From: an uncultured Actinomycetes bacterium
GTDB lineage: Bacteria; Actinomycetota; JAICYB01
Length of the DNA stretch: 64,000 nt
NCBI GenBank assembly: GCA_964560135.1
Contig: CAZLKN010000001.1
Coordinates: 30,061 to 94,060, forward strand
Reading direction: 5' to 3'
Position 1 is the first letter of the stretch, and each line of letters begins with the position of its first letter. The notes below the pieces were generated by a model, which searched no databases, was not told the origin of the DNA, and was given only the letters and a program-made list of their open reading frames with translations. Positions 53,144 to 62,546 of the stretch are shown in pieces. A program made the position numbers and the translations under genes.

Positions 53144-55242
53144 GCGGTGACGGAGCTCGGCACGGTGTTGCCGTCGCCGTCCACCACGACCGCACCCGCC
53201 GCGAAATCCCCGGCGAGCAGGATCACCGTCGCCTCGTCGGCGTCGGTGGTGAGCTCGATGTCGCTCGCCGTCGAGATCGCCGCCTCGGCCAGCACGATGG
53301 TCGCCCCGGCCACACCGCGCAGGCGCAGGCTGAGCGCATTGGCGGTGGCGTCGTCGCCCAGGGTGCGGTCGAGACCGTTGGTGATGTGCGGCGTCGGGGG
53401 GCCGAGCGCCACGCCCGACATATCCGTGGTCTGGGGGACGCGGGCGGCGATCGCCGCCGACACCGCTTCGACCTCCGCCATCTCCAGGGCGTTCTGCACG
53501 TCGCGGACCCAGTAGGAGGATCGCAGGTCGTAGCCGAGGGCCTCGACGTGGCCGAGGATCACATCCCGCTCCGCGTCGTCCTTGTCCGTGGTCCACATCG
53601 ACGGCCGCACCTTGAAATGGACGCGGGCCGGATCGGTGACGCGCTCGCGTCCGGCGATCCACGCCGACTCGCGACTCCACTCGTCGACCCAGACGAACGT
53701 CAGGTGGTCCATCCCCGGGTGCTCGTGAAAGCGGTACTCGTACCCGAGCTCGTGGAAGCGTGCCGCCTGCTCCCGGACGCCGGTGATCGGGACGAGCTCG
53801 TCGTTGGTGCCGTGGACGATCATCGTCGGGATGTGCTGCATGTTCTCGAGCCGGTCGAAGTCGGTGGGGACACCGGCCCACGACACCGCGGACGAGAACA
53901 GCTCGGGGAACAGCGTCCCCAGCCGGTAGGTGCCGTAGCCGCCCATCGAGTATCCGCCGAGCGTGATGCGGTCGGGATCGATGAGGAACCGGCTCTGGAC
54001 GTCGTTGAACACCTCCAGGGTGTCCACGAATGCTTCGTTGCGGTACCAGCCGTCCGGCCCCCGGGCCAGCGGTGTGGCGACGATCGCGCCGCGCGCGTCC
54101 CCGATCTGCTCGTACATCGTGAAGTAGCTCGTGGCGTTCTCACCGCCCCGGTACTGGTTGTGGTGGACCGAGAGCGAGTGCAGGAGCAGGAACAGCGGCG
54201 TCGGCTCCTGCGGGTCGTAGTCCTGCGGGATCCAGAGCCCGTATGGCTGCAGCTCGCTGCGGTACTGCGGGAAGCTGTCGCCGGCGCCCGCGCCGAGGTC
54301 CTGGCGGGAGCGGAAGATCGCGTTGTAGAAGCCGGGCTCGAGCTCGAAGGTCTCGCTCGCGCCGGCATGCAGCTTGCCGAGGTCGACGTCGTGGCCGAAG
54401 TCGGCGACGTCGCCGATGAGGAGCGCTTGCGCCTGGGCGTCCTCCTGCCAGGCGCCACCGCGGGGCTCGAGCTCGCGGGCGTTGAAGGCGAGGTCGAACA
54501 CGCGGGTGAGGCTCGGGCCGCCGGAGTTGAAGGTGCCGGGGACCACGCCGCCGGGGAGGCCCACCATCCACTGGGGGCCGACGGGGCAGGCCGACGGGAG
54601 GTCCGAGCAGGGCTGCTGCAGCCCCGCTCCCACGTTCAGCCGCAGCGTGTCGCCGGTGGCGACTCCGGGGATCCGGAGGTCGATGGTGTTGGCGTCCACG
54701 TCCACGTGCGCCCCGTAGCCCGCCGCCGAGCCGTCGGCGCGGTCGAGGTACACGGAGCCGCCGGAGACGGTGGCGAACACATCCCAGGGGGAGCGCACGC
54801 CCGCGTCGTAGGGCCACAGCCGCACGTCGGCGTCGCCGGTGTCCACCGCGACGCCGATGATCGGCACGGCCGGATCGACCAGGGTGTTGAGGGTCACGCG
54901 CACGTCGAGATCGTCGCCGTCGGCACGCACCCGGACCTCGGCGATGTCCGCGGCGTTGCCGGCGTAGGCGTCCCCGGCCGGGTAGCGGAAGTCGCCGCGG
55001 GTCGCGGCCAGCGTCACCCGCTGGGCGGCGCCGGCGGGGGTGGTGTCGGCACCGTAGTCGTCGAAGATGAAGTCCTGCCAGATCCACTCGCCGGTGTCGT
55101 GGATGCCCGTGCCGCCGAACATCGTGGCATCGCCCACCCACGGTTCCGGTACCGGTGGCCCGATGATGACCTCATCGGCCCCCACGGGCGCACCCGTCAC
55201 GACCAGCGCGACGATCAGAGCCAGCACGCTACGGCGTCGCAT
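53083..55242 (-). CDS. Secreted multidomain serine hydrolase (alpha/beta-hydrolase core), paralogue B.
   Basis: The protein has a signal peptide (MRRRSVLALIVALVVTGAPVGA), a WQDFIFDDYG N-domain motif (compare HQDFILDDTG in paralogue A), a GxSxG elbow (ITLGGYSMGGYGTYRL), the sequence MIVHGTNDELVP, and a C-terminal beta-rich Thr/Ala-rich domain. A GAGGGGG RBS is present. Confidence 0.65.
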   Translation of the reverse strand: MRRRSVLALIVALVVTGAPVGADEVIIGPPVPEPWVGDATMFGGTGIHDTGEWIWQDFIFDDYGADTTPAGAAQRVTLAATRGDFRYPAGDAYAGNAADIAEVRVRADGDDLDVRVTLNTLVDPAVPIIGVAVDTGDADVRLWPYDAGVRSPWDVFATVSGGSVYLDRADGSAAGYGAHVDVDANTIDLRIPGVATGDTLRLNVGAGLQQPCSDLPSACPVGPQWMVGLPGGVVPGTFNSGGPSLTRVFDLAFNARELEPRGGAWQEDAQAQALLIGDVADFGHDVDLGKLHAGASETFELEPGFYNAIFRSRQDLGAGAGDSFPQYRSELQPYGLWIPQDYDPQEPTPLFLLLHSLSVHHNQYRGGENATSYFTMYEQIGDARGAIVATPLARGPDGWYRNEAFVDTLEVFNDVQSRFLIDPDRITLGGYSMGGYGTYRLGTLFPELFSSAVSWAGVPTDFDRLENMQHIPTMIVHGTNDELVPITGVREQAARFHELGYEYRFHEHPGMDHLTFVWVDEWSRESAWIAGRERVTDPARVHFKVRPSMWTTDKDDAERDVILGHVEALGYDLRSSYWVRDVQNALEMAEVEAVSAAIAARVPQTTDMSGVALGPPTPHITNGLDRTLGDDATANALSLRLRGVAGATIVLAEAAISTASDIELTTDADEATVILLAGDFAAGAVVVDGDGNTVPSSVTAQGLEVTVPAGTATLTVSSA

Positions 55243-55339
55243 GGTGCACTACCCCCTCGCTTGACTACCCGGTCAAGGAAATTGATTCGACGTCGGCGGC
55301 CCGCCTCCTGCTCCGCGCGAACGTGTACCCTCGGGACGC

Positions 55340-56566
55340 ATGACCGTCGACACGAGCCCCGAGCAGCTCCCGTGGCGGATGGTCGTCGAGCCCGACGACC
55401 TCGCCGAGCTGTGTACGGACCTCCGGGCCGCGGGGCGTTTCGGCATCGACATGGAGTTCAGCCGGGAGCGGACCTACTACGCGACCCTGGAGCTCGTCCA
55501 GGTTGCGTCCCCCGACCAGCTTGCGATCGTGGATCCGCTGCGGATCGAGGACCTGTCCCCGCTGTTCGACCTCGTCGCCGACCCGGACGTGGAGTGCGTC
55601 TTCCACGCCGGCTCCCAGGACCTCGAGATCATGTACCAGGCCGCCGAACGGGAGCCCCGTCGCGTTTTCGACACGCAGATCGCCGCCGCGCTCGTCGGCT
55701 TCGGCGATCAGACCCGCTACGACATCCTCGTCCGCAAGATGCTGAACCGGAAGCTCTCCAAGCATCAGTCGACCACGGACTGGGCCAAGCGTCCCCTGAG
55801 CGAGGAGCAGGTCGCCTACGCGCTGGACGACGTCCGCTACCTGCTGCCGCTGCGCGACGCGCTGGCCGAGCGGCTGGACAAGGAGGGTCGAAGCGGCTGG
55901 GTGGCCGAGGAGATGCAGCACCTCGAGCAGGCCGCTACCTACATCAAGGATCCGGAGTCGCTGCTGCGCGGCATCAAGGGTTTCGGCAAGCTGGACGGCG
56001 AGCAGCTCGCGATCCTGCGCGAGCTCGCCGTGTGGCGCACCGAGCTCGCCCAGCGGCGCAACCAGCCGATCCGTTGGGTCGTGCCGGACGACGTCCTGCT
56101 TGCGATCGCCCGGCGCAAGCCGAGCAAGATCGAGCAGTTGACGGAGCTGCGCCGCCTTTCGCAGAAGGTCGCCGAGCGCGAGGGGGCCGAGATCCTGGAG
56201 CGGGTGAAGCGGGCCCGCTCGCTGCCGTCCGACGATCGGCCGCAGGTGAGGGCCTTCGAGGCCGAGGACCGCGTGATCGACGCCGTCGTGGAGCTGCTGG
56301 ACGTGTGGGTGCGCCAGCGCGCACACGACACCGGCGTCGCCGCCTCCTACCTGGGTACGCGCAAGCACATCACCGAGCTCGTCCGGGCGGTGCGCGCCGG
56401 CACCCACGAGAGCGACCCGCCGGAGCTGCTGCGGGGCTGGCGGCGGGAGCTCGTCGGTGACGAGCTCGTGGACCTCGCCGAGGGCCGGACGGGCATCGCG
56501 GTGGATCCATCCACGGGCCGGGTGCATCCTGTTGCTCATCCTGGTGAGGCGAGAGGTGGTGCATAG
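55340..56566 (+). CDS. rnd: Ribonuclease D.
   Basis: The protein has a DEDDy 3'-5' exonuclease domain (GIDMEFSRERTYYATLELVQVAS...VFHAGSQDLEIM...YALDDVRYLL) and an HRDC domain. Confidence 0.8.
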   Translation: MTVDTSPEQLPWRMVVEPDDLAELCTDLRAAGRFGIDMEFSRERTYYATLELVQVASPDQLAIVDPLRIEDLSPLFDLVADPDVECVFHAGSQDLEIMYQAAEREPRRVFDTQIAAALVGFGDQTRYDILVRKMLNRKLSKHQSTTDWAKRPLSEEQVAYALDDVRYLLPLRDALAERLDKEGRSGWVAEEMQHLEQAATYIKDPESLLRGIKGFGKLDGEQLAILRELAVWRTELAQRRNQPIRWVVPDDVLLAIARRKPSKIEQLTELRRLSQKVAEREGAEILERVKRARSLPSDDRPQVRAFEAEDRVIDAVVELLDVWVRQRAHDTGVAASYLGTRKHITELVRAVRAGTHESDPPELLRGWRRELVGDELVDLAEGRTGIAVDPSTGRVHPVAHPGEARGGA

Positions 56567-56568
56567 GA

Positions 56569-57045
56569 ATGAGATGGTCTTCCCTCGATGGGCTGCTCCG
56601 GGGCTCTCTGTTGGTGTTGCTCGTCGTGCTACTCGGGGTCATGGGGTGGTTGACGGTCGGTGCCGACCCCGGGACTCAAGCCGAAGCTTCCTATCCTCCG
56701 TCCCCGGAACCCCAGGAGCCGTTTCCGACGGGGATCTTTGACGATCCCTCTCACCCTGGGGGCGCCCGTGCCGCTGATTACATGTTCAGTAACCGGTGGA
56801 ACGGTGTTGCGGGTTCGAGGCTGTTGATCGTCCACGCCGGTGCATTTCGTGACGCTTCAGAACAAGGGTTGTTGTTCATGCTCGAGTTCGACGAGGAACG
56901 GTTGCTTGTCGACGGAGACGTTCACCTCGTCCCAGGGCAGACAGGGATGGCCCGGATCGAGGCGGACGCGGGAACGCTCCTGACGATTTCGACGAGTGGG
57001 GGCGGGACCTACACATTCGATGCGTCCGATGGGACGTGGCAATGA
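56569..57045 (+). CDS. Hypothetical membrane-anchored protein.
   Basis: The ATG lies 2 nt after the rnd stop. There is an N-terminal transmembrane helix (LLVLLVVLLGVMGWLTV). Confidence 0.45.
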   Translation: MRWSSLDGLLRGSLLVLLVVLLGVMGWLTVGADPGTQAEASYPPSPEPQEPFPTGIFDDPSHPGGARAADYMFSNRWNGVAGSRLLIVHAGAFRDASEQGLLFMLEFDEERLLVDGDVHLVPGQTGMARIEADAGTLLTISTSGGGTYTFDASDGTWQ

Positions 57046-57093
57046 AGGGGTTCGCTCCGCGCAGGGGAAGATGGCTCGTTCCCCGATAGCCGT

Positions 57094-57996
57094 TCAGGCC
57101 CCCAGGTGTTCTCCGAACCAGGCCGTGGCGTGCTCGACGGCCGGGCCTACGTAGGTCTCCACGTCGTAGAGGTCGACGTGGTTGGTGGTGTCCAGCCACA
57201 CGATCTCCTTTGGGCCCGCCATCCGGTCGTGGGCTTCCTGCGCGAGGCTGGGTGCGCAGTAGGCGTCGGTGCGTCCGTGGACGATCAGTGCCGGGGTGGG
57301 TGAGATGAAGTCGGCCCCGCACAGGGCGTCGAAGGTCAGCAGCTCGTGGATCGACAGCGTGGTCACCCGGTTCTCCCAGTCCGGCGCCGCGCCGCGCTCG
57401 GTGCCGTAGTAGTCGAAGGGCTCCTGGCCCCCCATCGCCGCCGGCTCGCCTTCGGGGGCCACCGCCGCCATGTACGCGACCTCGCCGGTGCGGTGCTGCT
57501 CCTGCGCGACGGTGGCGAAGTTCGCCATCTGTGACCGGTAGCCCTCCTCGCCCATGCCCTCGCGCATCTTGTACGGCGAGTTGTAGCCGCCGGCGACGAG
57601 CACCGCGGCTTTGACGCGGGGGTCGAAGCCCGCGAAGCGCAGCGCGTAGCCGCCTCCGAGGCAGATGCCGCAGACGCCGATGCGCTCGGCGTCGACCTCG
57701 GGCCGGGAGGCGAGAAGGCTGACGGCGTCCCGCAGGTCGGCCAGCTTCCCGGGGGCGTCCTCGTGCTGGCGGGGCTCGCCCTCGCTGGCGCCGAAGTTGC
57801 GGTGGTCGAAGGCGAGGGTGACGAAGCCGGCCTCGGCGATCCGCCGCGCGTAGTGTCCGGTCACCTGTCCCTTGACGCCGGTGAAGGGTCCGGTGAACAC
57901 GATCGCGGGTGCGGACCCGCCGGGCCCGGAGGGCAGATACAGGTCGCCCGCGAGCGTGCGGCCGTCGGATCGAAACTCGGTACGGACCGGCTCCAT
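57094..57996 (-). CDS. Alpha/beta hydrolase (dienelactone-hydrolase-like).
   Basis: A nucleophile elbow is present ([16 protein letters not shown]). The start is at MEPVRTEF, with an AAGGGAGG RBS. Confidence 0.7.
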   Translation of the reverse strand: MEPVRTEFRSDGRTLAGDLYLPSGPGGSAPAIVFTGPFTGVKGQVTGHYARRIAEAGFVTLAFDHRNFGASEGEPRQHEDAPGKLADLRDAVSLLASRPEVDAERIGVCGICLGGGYALRFAGFDPRVKAAVLVAGGYNSPYKMREGMGEEGYRSQMANFATVAQEQHRTGEVAYMAAVAPEGEPAAMGGQEPFDYYGTERGAAPDWENRVTTLSIHELLTFDALCGADFISPTPALIVHGRTDAYCAPSLAQEAHDRMAGPKEIVWLDTTNHVDLYDVETYVGPAVEHATAWFGEHLGA

Positions 57997-58115
57997 CGCA
58001 ACCTCCCTTGCTCGTGGCGCCCAGTGTATGCCGCACGAAGAGCCGATCACGCATACACTCGGGGACCGCCCTCGACGGCTCGTGTCGAGGCGCGTCCTAC
58101 CGGGAAGAGGGAACC

Positions 58116-58418
58116 ATGGGATCAACGCTCAGAGCCGTCCTTGTCCGGGGTGCGATCGGTGCGCTCTTCTTCGCCGTGGGATGCGGCGACCCGCCGGTTC
58201 TGCCGACGCCCACCCCGACGACGTCCCCGACGCCGTCGCCCACGGCATCTCCGGCCCCGACCCCATCGCCGACCCCCGCGCCGACTCCGTCCCCGACCCC
58301 CGCACCGACTCCGTCCCCGACGGTGCCCCCGGACCCGACCCCGACCCCGACGGTGCCCCCGGACCCGACCCCGACCCCGACGGTGCCCCCGGACGCGACC
58401 CCTACACCGCGGGGGTAG
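58116..58418 (+). CDS. Small lipoprotein with a Pro/Thr-rich low-complexity repeat tail.
   Basis: A lipobox is present (LFFAVGCGD), followed by (PTPSPT / PTPTVPPD) repeats encoded by 24-30 nt tandem DNA repeats. A GGGAAGAGGGAA RBS is present. Confidence 0.55.
   Translation: MGSTLRAVLVRGAIGALFFAVGCGDPPVLPTPTPTTSPTPSPTASPAPTPSPTPAPTPSPTPAPTPSPTVPPDPTPTPTVPPDPTPTPTVPPDATPTPRG
58270..58400. repeat. Tandem 24-30 nt repeats encoding the Pro/Thr-rich tail of the lipoprotein.
   Basis: ccgaccccgacggtgcccccggacccgacc occurs 3 times, preceded by ccgactccgtccccgacccccgca x2. Confidence 0.7.
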
Positions 58419-58437
58419 GACGCTGCGTGCTCGTCGG

Positions 58438-59247
58438 CTAGCCCGGCGTTCCTCCGTCGGAGGCGACGTGGTGGCGGAGCCAGTCTTCCCAGCGCACCCG
58501 GCCGAGCTCACCCTCGGCGACGAGGTTGGCCCCCTCGCGGAAGGCGCGTGAGGCGGCCCCGGGGATGTAGAGGGAGAAGACCGGCTTCCGTTCCCCCGCG
58601 GCGATCAGGTACGAGATCACGAGATCCAGCGCGCCGTGGACCTCGGGGCCCCCGAGGTCGGGGAGGCGTCCGCGGGCGCCGGTGTCCACACAGGCTGCGA
58701 GGCGGTCGGCGACCTCGCCCACATCCACCGGCTGGAAGCGGATGTGCTTCGGGACGATCACTCCGGGCAGTCGCCGCTGGCGCTCGGCGAGGGCCACGAT
58801 GAACTCGTGGAACTGGGTGGTGCGCAGAACCGTGGAGGCGAACCCGGAGGCCTCGATCACCTTCTCGGTCTGCAGCTTCGCGCGGTAGTAGCCGAGCGGG
58901 ATCCGGTCGACGCCCACGATCGAGATGTAGACGAGATGCGGACTGCCCACACCGGCGCGGGCGGCTTCGATCAGGCGGCTCGTGCCCTCCACGTCGACGC
59001 GACGGGCCCGTCCGTACAGCGGCAGGCGCGTGGAGCTGGCGCAGTGCACGATCGCGGTCGTCCCTGCGGTGGCTTCCTCGAGCCCAGCCCCGGTGCGGAG
59101 ATCACCCTGGACCGCGGCGACGCCCTCGGGGACGCGCGGGCGCTCGCGGCGGGAGAGCACCCGCACCTCGTGGCCCGCGTCGAGCAGCCGCGTCACCACG
59201 GCGCGGCCGCAGATCCCTGTGCCCCCGGTGACCAGAACCCGCGCCAT
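58438..59247 (-). CDS. NAD(P)H-binding NmrA-like / atypical SDR family protein.
   Basis: The N-terminus MARVLVTGGTGICGRAVVTRLLDAGHEVRVLSR is a Rossmann GxxGxxG motif. The ATG overlaps the tricorn stop as TGATG. Confidence 0.75.
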   Translation of the reverse strand: MARVLVTGGTGICGRAVVTRLLDAGHEVRVLSRRERPRVPEGVAAVQGDLRTGAGLEEATAGTTAIVHCASSTRLPLYGRARRVDVEGTSRLIEAARAGVGSPHLVYISIVGVDRIPLGYYRAKLQTEKVIEASGFASTVLRTTQFHEFIVALAERQRRLPGVIVPKHIRFQPVDVGEVADRLAACVDTGARGRLPDLGGPEVHGALDLVISYLIAAGERKPVFSLYIPGAASRAFREGANLVAEGELGRVRWEDWLRHHVASDGGTPG

Positions 59248-62200
59248 CACCTGCGCCGTTTCTTCGGACCTTCGCGCGGCGGCAGCTTCGGTGCGGTCAG
59301 CACGGGCCGGGCCTCGAGGTCGGGCTCTACCGGACGGTGCCGGCGCAGCGCCCGCATCACGAGCTTGAGCGCGGTGTCCATCTGGGGATCGCGTCCGGCG
59401 GCGTGGTCCTGGGGCTTGATGTCCACGTCGTGGTCGGGGTCGGTCCCGTAGTTCTCGACCTGCCAGCGGACGTCTTTGAACCAGAAGGAGAACTCGGGCT
59501 GGGTGGTGATGCCGTTGTCCACCAGCACGTGGCGCATCGTGATCCCGATCACCCCGCCCCAGGTGCGCTTGCCGACGACGGGGCCCAGGCGAGCCAGCTT
59601 GAACACGTGGGTGAAGATGTCGCCGTCGGATCCGGCCTGTTCGTTGGTGATGCACACCAGGGGGCCGGACGGGGAGTCCTCGGGATAGGGATGCGGAGCC
59701 CCCCAACGCGTCACCGCGTACCCGAAGCGCTGCCGAGCGAGCTTCTCGAGCAGGAGCTCCGAGACGAAGCCGCCGCTGTTGAAACGGACATCGACGATCA
59801 GCGCTTCCCGGTCGAGCTCGGACTTGTAGGCGCGGTGGAACTCCGAGTAGCCGGCGGCGCCCATGTCGGGGATGTGCACGTAGCCCACACGCCCGTCGGT
59901 CTGCTCGTGGATCCGGGCGCGGTTGGTCTCCACCCACTCGCGGTACCGTGCGGGTTCCTCGGTGCGCAGCGTCCTCACCACCACGGTCCGGGGGTTGCGT
60001 CCCCGGCGGTCGCCGACCGTCAGCTCGACGTTCACGCCGGCCTGGTGCACGAGCAGCATCTGCGGTGAGACATCCGGTCCGACCGCCTGCCCGTTTACCG
60101 CCAGGATCGTGTCGCCTTCCCGGACTCCCACCCCGGGTGCGGTCAGTGGAGATGTGCGTTCGGGATCCCAGGAGTCGCCGCGGACGATCGGTGCGACGCT
60201 CCACCGTCCCGCCCGCGGGGCGAAGGCGTAGTCGCAGCCGAGGTGGCCGAGCGGCCAAGGCGGCGGCGGTTTCACGTCGCCGCCGATCTCGTAGGCGTGG
60301 GACGTCCCGAGCTCCCCGAGCATCTCCCACATCAGGTCCGAGAACTCGAGGCGGGTGGCGACCTTGTCGGTCAGCGGCAGGTAGCGCTCGTGGATCGCGT
60401 CCCAGTCCACCCCGGACATGTCCGCAACCCAGAAGTGGTCACGCTGGAAGCGCCAGGCCTCCCGGAACATCTGCCGCCACTCCGCCGGCGGATCCACCGA
60501 TACGCGGACACGTCCGAGGTCGATCCACCCGCTGCGGCGTCCCGCCCCCTCGTGCTCGGCCCCCTTGTCCGGCTTGTCGCCCGCCTTCAGCGCGCGCAGG
60601 CGGCGCCCGGCCCGGTACAGCAGCGTGCCGCCGTCCTGCGAGACCCGGAACGACGAGATGCCCTGCACGAGGACGTCGTGCTTCAGCTCGTTCAGGTCGT
60701 AGACCTCGAGCTTCCCCTTGGGCTCCTCCTCGGTGTCGAAGAGGCTCTCCCCCAGCGATCCGGTCACCGGATGGTTGGTGAACAGCACCTTGCCGCCGAT
60801 CCCCCACACCTGCGTGTAGCGACCCTCGGCCATCGGGAAAGCGACCACGCGATCCCCGATCCCCTCGAGGTCGATCCGTAGCTGCGGTCGATCGTCCTTC
60901 TTGGCGTCGTCCTTCTTCTCGCCGAATCCCTTCGGCTTCGGGACGAACGGGGACGGTTCGTCGGCTCGCAGCGTCACGAGGTGAGGGCGCACCGGACGCG
61001 GGAAGCCGAGATCGAAGGACACGTAGTCGAAGACCGGATCCAGCACCCGGTAGGACAGGAAATAGAGGTAGCGCCCGTCAGGATCGAACGAGGGACGCAG
61101 GTCGTTGAACTCGGGCCTGGTCACGAGGTGGGTGTCGCCCGAGGACGTCTCCCAGAGCTTGATCGAGGTGGTGTTTGTGGTCGTGGAACAGGCGTAGGCG
61201 AGGAAGCGTCCGTCGGGGGCCCAGGCGAGCCCGGAGATCGGGTGGTAGGGGCTGCGGTCGAGGATCCTCGCGGTGCCGGCGTCGAGGTCGACGAGGAGGA
61301 GCTCCATGCGGTGGTTGGCGACGGCGACCTCGTTGCCCGCCGGTGAGGGTACGAGCTCGATCGCGCGGCCGAGGTCGACGTCGTCGAGGCGTCGCGGCGT
61401 GGACGGATCGTCGGCGGGGTAGACCTCCAAGGCTTCCTCGCCGCCCTGGTCGGAGACGGCCACGAGGGCTCCGGCGTCGTGGGTCCAGCGGGGGAGGCGG
61501 TAGCGGACGCCGTCCCGGACGCCGTACTGGCGCACCGCCTGCTCCCACAGCGGCATCGTGTACAGCTTCCCGCGGGCGGACAGAGCCAGCGAGTGACCCT
61601 CCGGGTGCAGCGCCACGTCGTGGACGAACTTCGCGGCCCCCACGAACTTCCGGTTGCGCTGGACGCGGGGACTGCCGAGATCCACGTCGACCCGGCGGGT
61701 GCTGTCGTCGTCGGGGTCGTACAGCCAGATCTCGGCGGCGAGCTGGTAGACGATGCGGGTGCCGTCGGTCTTCGCCCAGCGCGCGTAGAACTCATCGTGG
61801 TCGGTGTGGCGGCGGACGTCGCGCCCATCGGCACGGCACGAATACAGGTTCCCGATCCCTTCGTGATCCGACAGGAAGTAGATCCGCCGGCCGAGCCACA
61901 TCGGCGAGGCCAGATTGCCGTCGAGGGAGGCCAGGCGGCGGAAGGTGCCGTCGCCGCGACGGTCCACCCAGGCCTCCCCGCGCGTCCCGCCGCGGTAGCG
62001 CTTCCACCGGGCCGGGTCGGCGGTGTGCCGTCCGATCACGACCCCGTCGCCGGATGGAGCGAAGGACGCCTCTGTGGCCGGGCCGAAGGGAAGCTGCTCC
62101 GGCACACCCCCCTCGGGCGCGGTCAGGTAGAGGTGACGGTGGCCGGCGAAGGGCTGCGCGGCGTCGCTCGCGAACAAGACCCGTCCGTCGGGGGCCCACC

Positions 62201-62474
62201 CCTCCACCGAGGACCTCGCTCCCAGATAGGTGAGACGCCGGGCCGGACCGCCGCCGGCGGGCATCACGAAGATCTCGGCGTGGTGCTCCTCGGTGCCGGT
62301 GAACGCGATCCAGGTGCCGTCCGGCGAGATGGCGGCGCGGCCCACCGGGCCGAGATTGGATGTGAGCCGGCGGGCCGTTCCGCCCTCGGTGTTCACCGTC
62401 CACAGGTCGTCCTCGGTGACGAACACGATCGTGTCACCCCGGATGCTCGGTGTTCGCAGGTATCCCTCGTTCAC
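59247..62474 (-). CDS. Tricorn protease homologue (beta-propeller plus S41 C-terminal-processing-protease domain).
   Basis: The N-terminus YLRTPSIRGDTIVFVTEDDLWTV..GGTARRLTS...ISPDGTWIAFT is typical of tricorn. There are multiple WD/beta-propeller-like repeats and a C-terminal S41 region (GDTILAVNG... FNSGG... GPLVCITNEQAGSDGDIFT). GTG at 62474 follows an AGGGAGG RBS. The longer ORF up to 63854 has no support. Confidence 0.7.
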   Translation of the reverse strand: MNEGYLRTPSIRGDTIVFVTEDDLWTVNTEGGTARRLTSNLGPVGRAAISPDGTWIAFTGTEEHHAEIFVMPAGGGPARRLTYLGARSSVEGWAPDGRVLFASDAAQPFAGHRHLYLTAPEGGVPEQLPFGPATEASFAPSGDGVVIGRHTADPARWKRYRGGTRGEAWVDRRGDGTFRRLASLDGNLASPMWLGRRIYFLSDHEGIGNLYSCRADGRDVRRHTDHDEFYARWAKTDGTRIVYQLAAEIWLYDPDDDSTRRVDVDLGSPRVQRNRKFVGAAKFVHDVALHPEGHSLALSARGKLYTMPLWEQAVRQYGVRDGVRYRLPRWTHDAGALVAVSDQGGEEALEVYPADDPSTPRRLDDVDLGRAIELVPSPAGNEVAVANHRMELLLVDLDAGTARILDRSPYHPISGLAWAPDGRFLAYACSTTTNTTSIKLWETSSGDTHLVTRPEFNDLRPSFDPDGRYLYFLSYRVLDPVFDYVSFDLGFPRPVRPHLVTLRADEPSPFVPKPKGFGEKKDDAKKDDRPQLRIDLEGIGDRVVAFPMAEGRYTQVWGIGGKVLFTNHPVTGSLGESLFDTEEEPKGKLEVYDLNELKHDVLVQGISSFRVSQDGGTLLYRAGRRLRALKAGDKPDKGAEHEGAGRRSGWIDLGRVRVSVDPPAEWRQMFREAWRFQRDHFWVADMSGVDWDAIHERYLPLTDKVATRLEFSDLMWEMLGELGTSHAYEIGGDVKPPPPWPLGHLGCDYAFAPRAGRWSVAPIVRGDSWDPERTSPLTAPGVGVREGDTILAVNGQAVGPDVSPQMLLVHQAGVNVELTVGDRRGRNPRTVVVRTLRTEEPARYREWVETNRARIHEQTDGRVGYVHIPDMGAAGYSEFHRAYKSELDREALIVDVRFNSGGFVSELLLEKLARQRFGYAVTRWGAPHPYPEDSPSGPLVCITNEQAGSDGDIFTHVFKLARLGPVVGKRTWGGVIGITMRHVLVDNGITTQPEFSFWFKDVRWQVENYGTDPDHDVDIKPQDHAAGRDPQMDTALKLVMRALRRHRPVEPDLEARPVLTAPKLPPREGPKKRRR

Positions 62475-62546
62475 CCCGGCCTCCCTTCGACGCGTCCCAC
62501 CGGCGGCCCATGATAGGAGACCGGGGACCGACACAGAGGAGTCGAC

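Noticed and set aside
51520-56460. 1646-aa plus-strand ORF, the longest in the window
   Set aside because: It has no domain content. It runs in an alternate frame of the membrane-protein gene and antisense through the hydrolase paralogue B and rnd regions. It is a GC-driven artifact.
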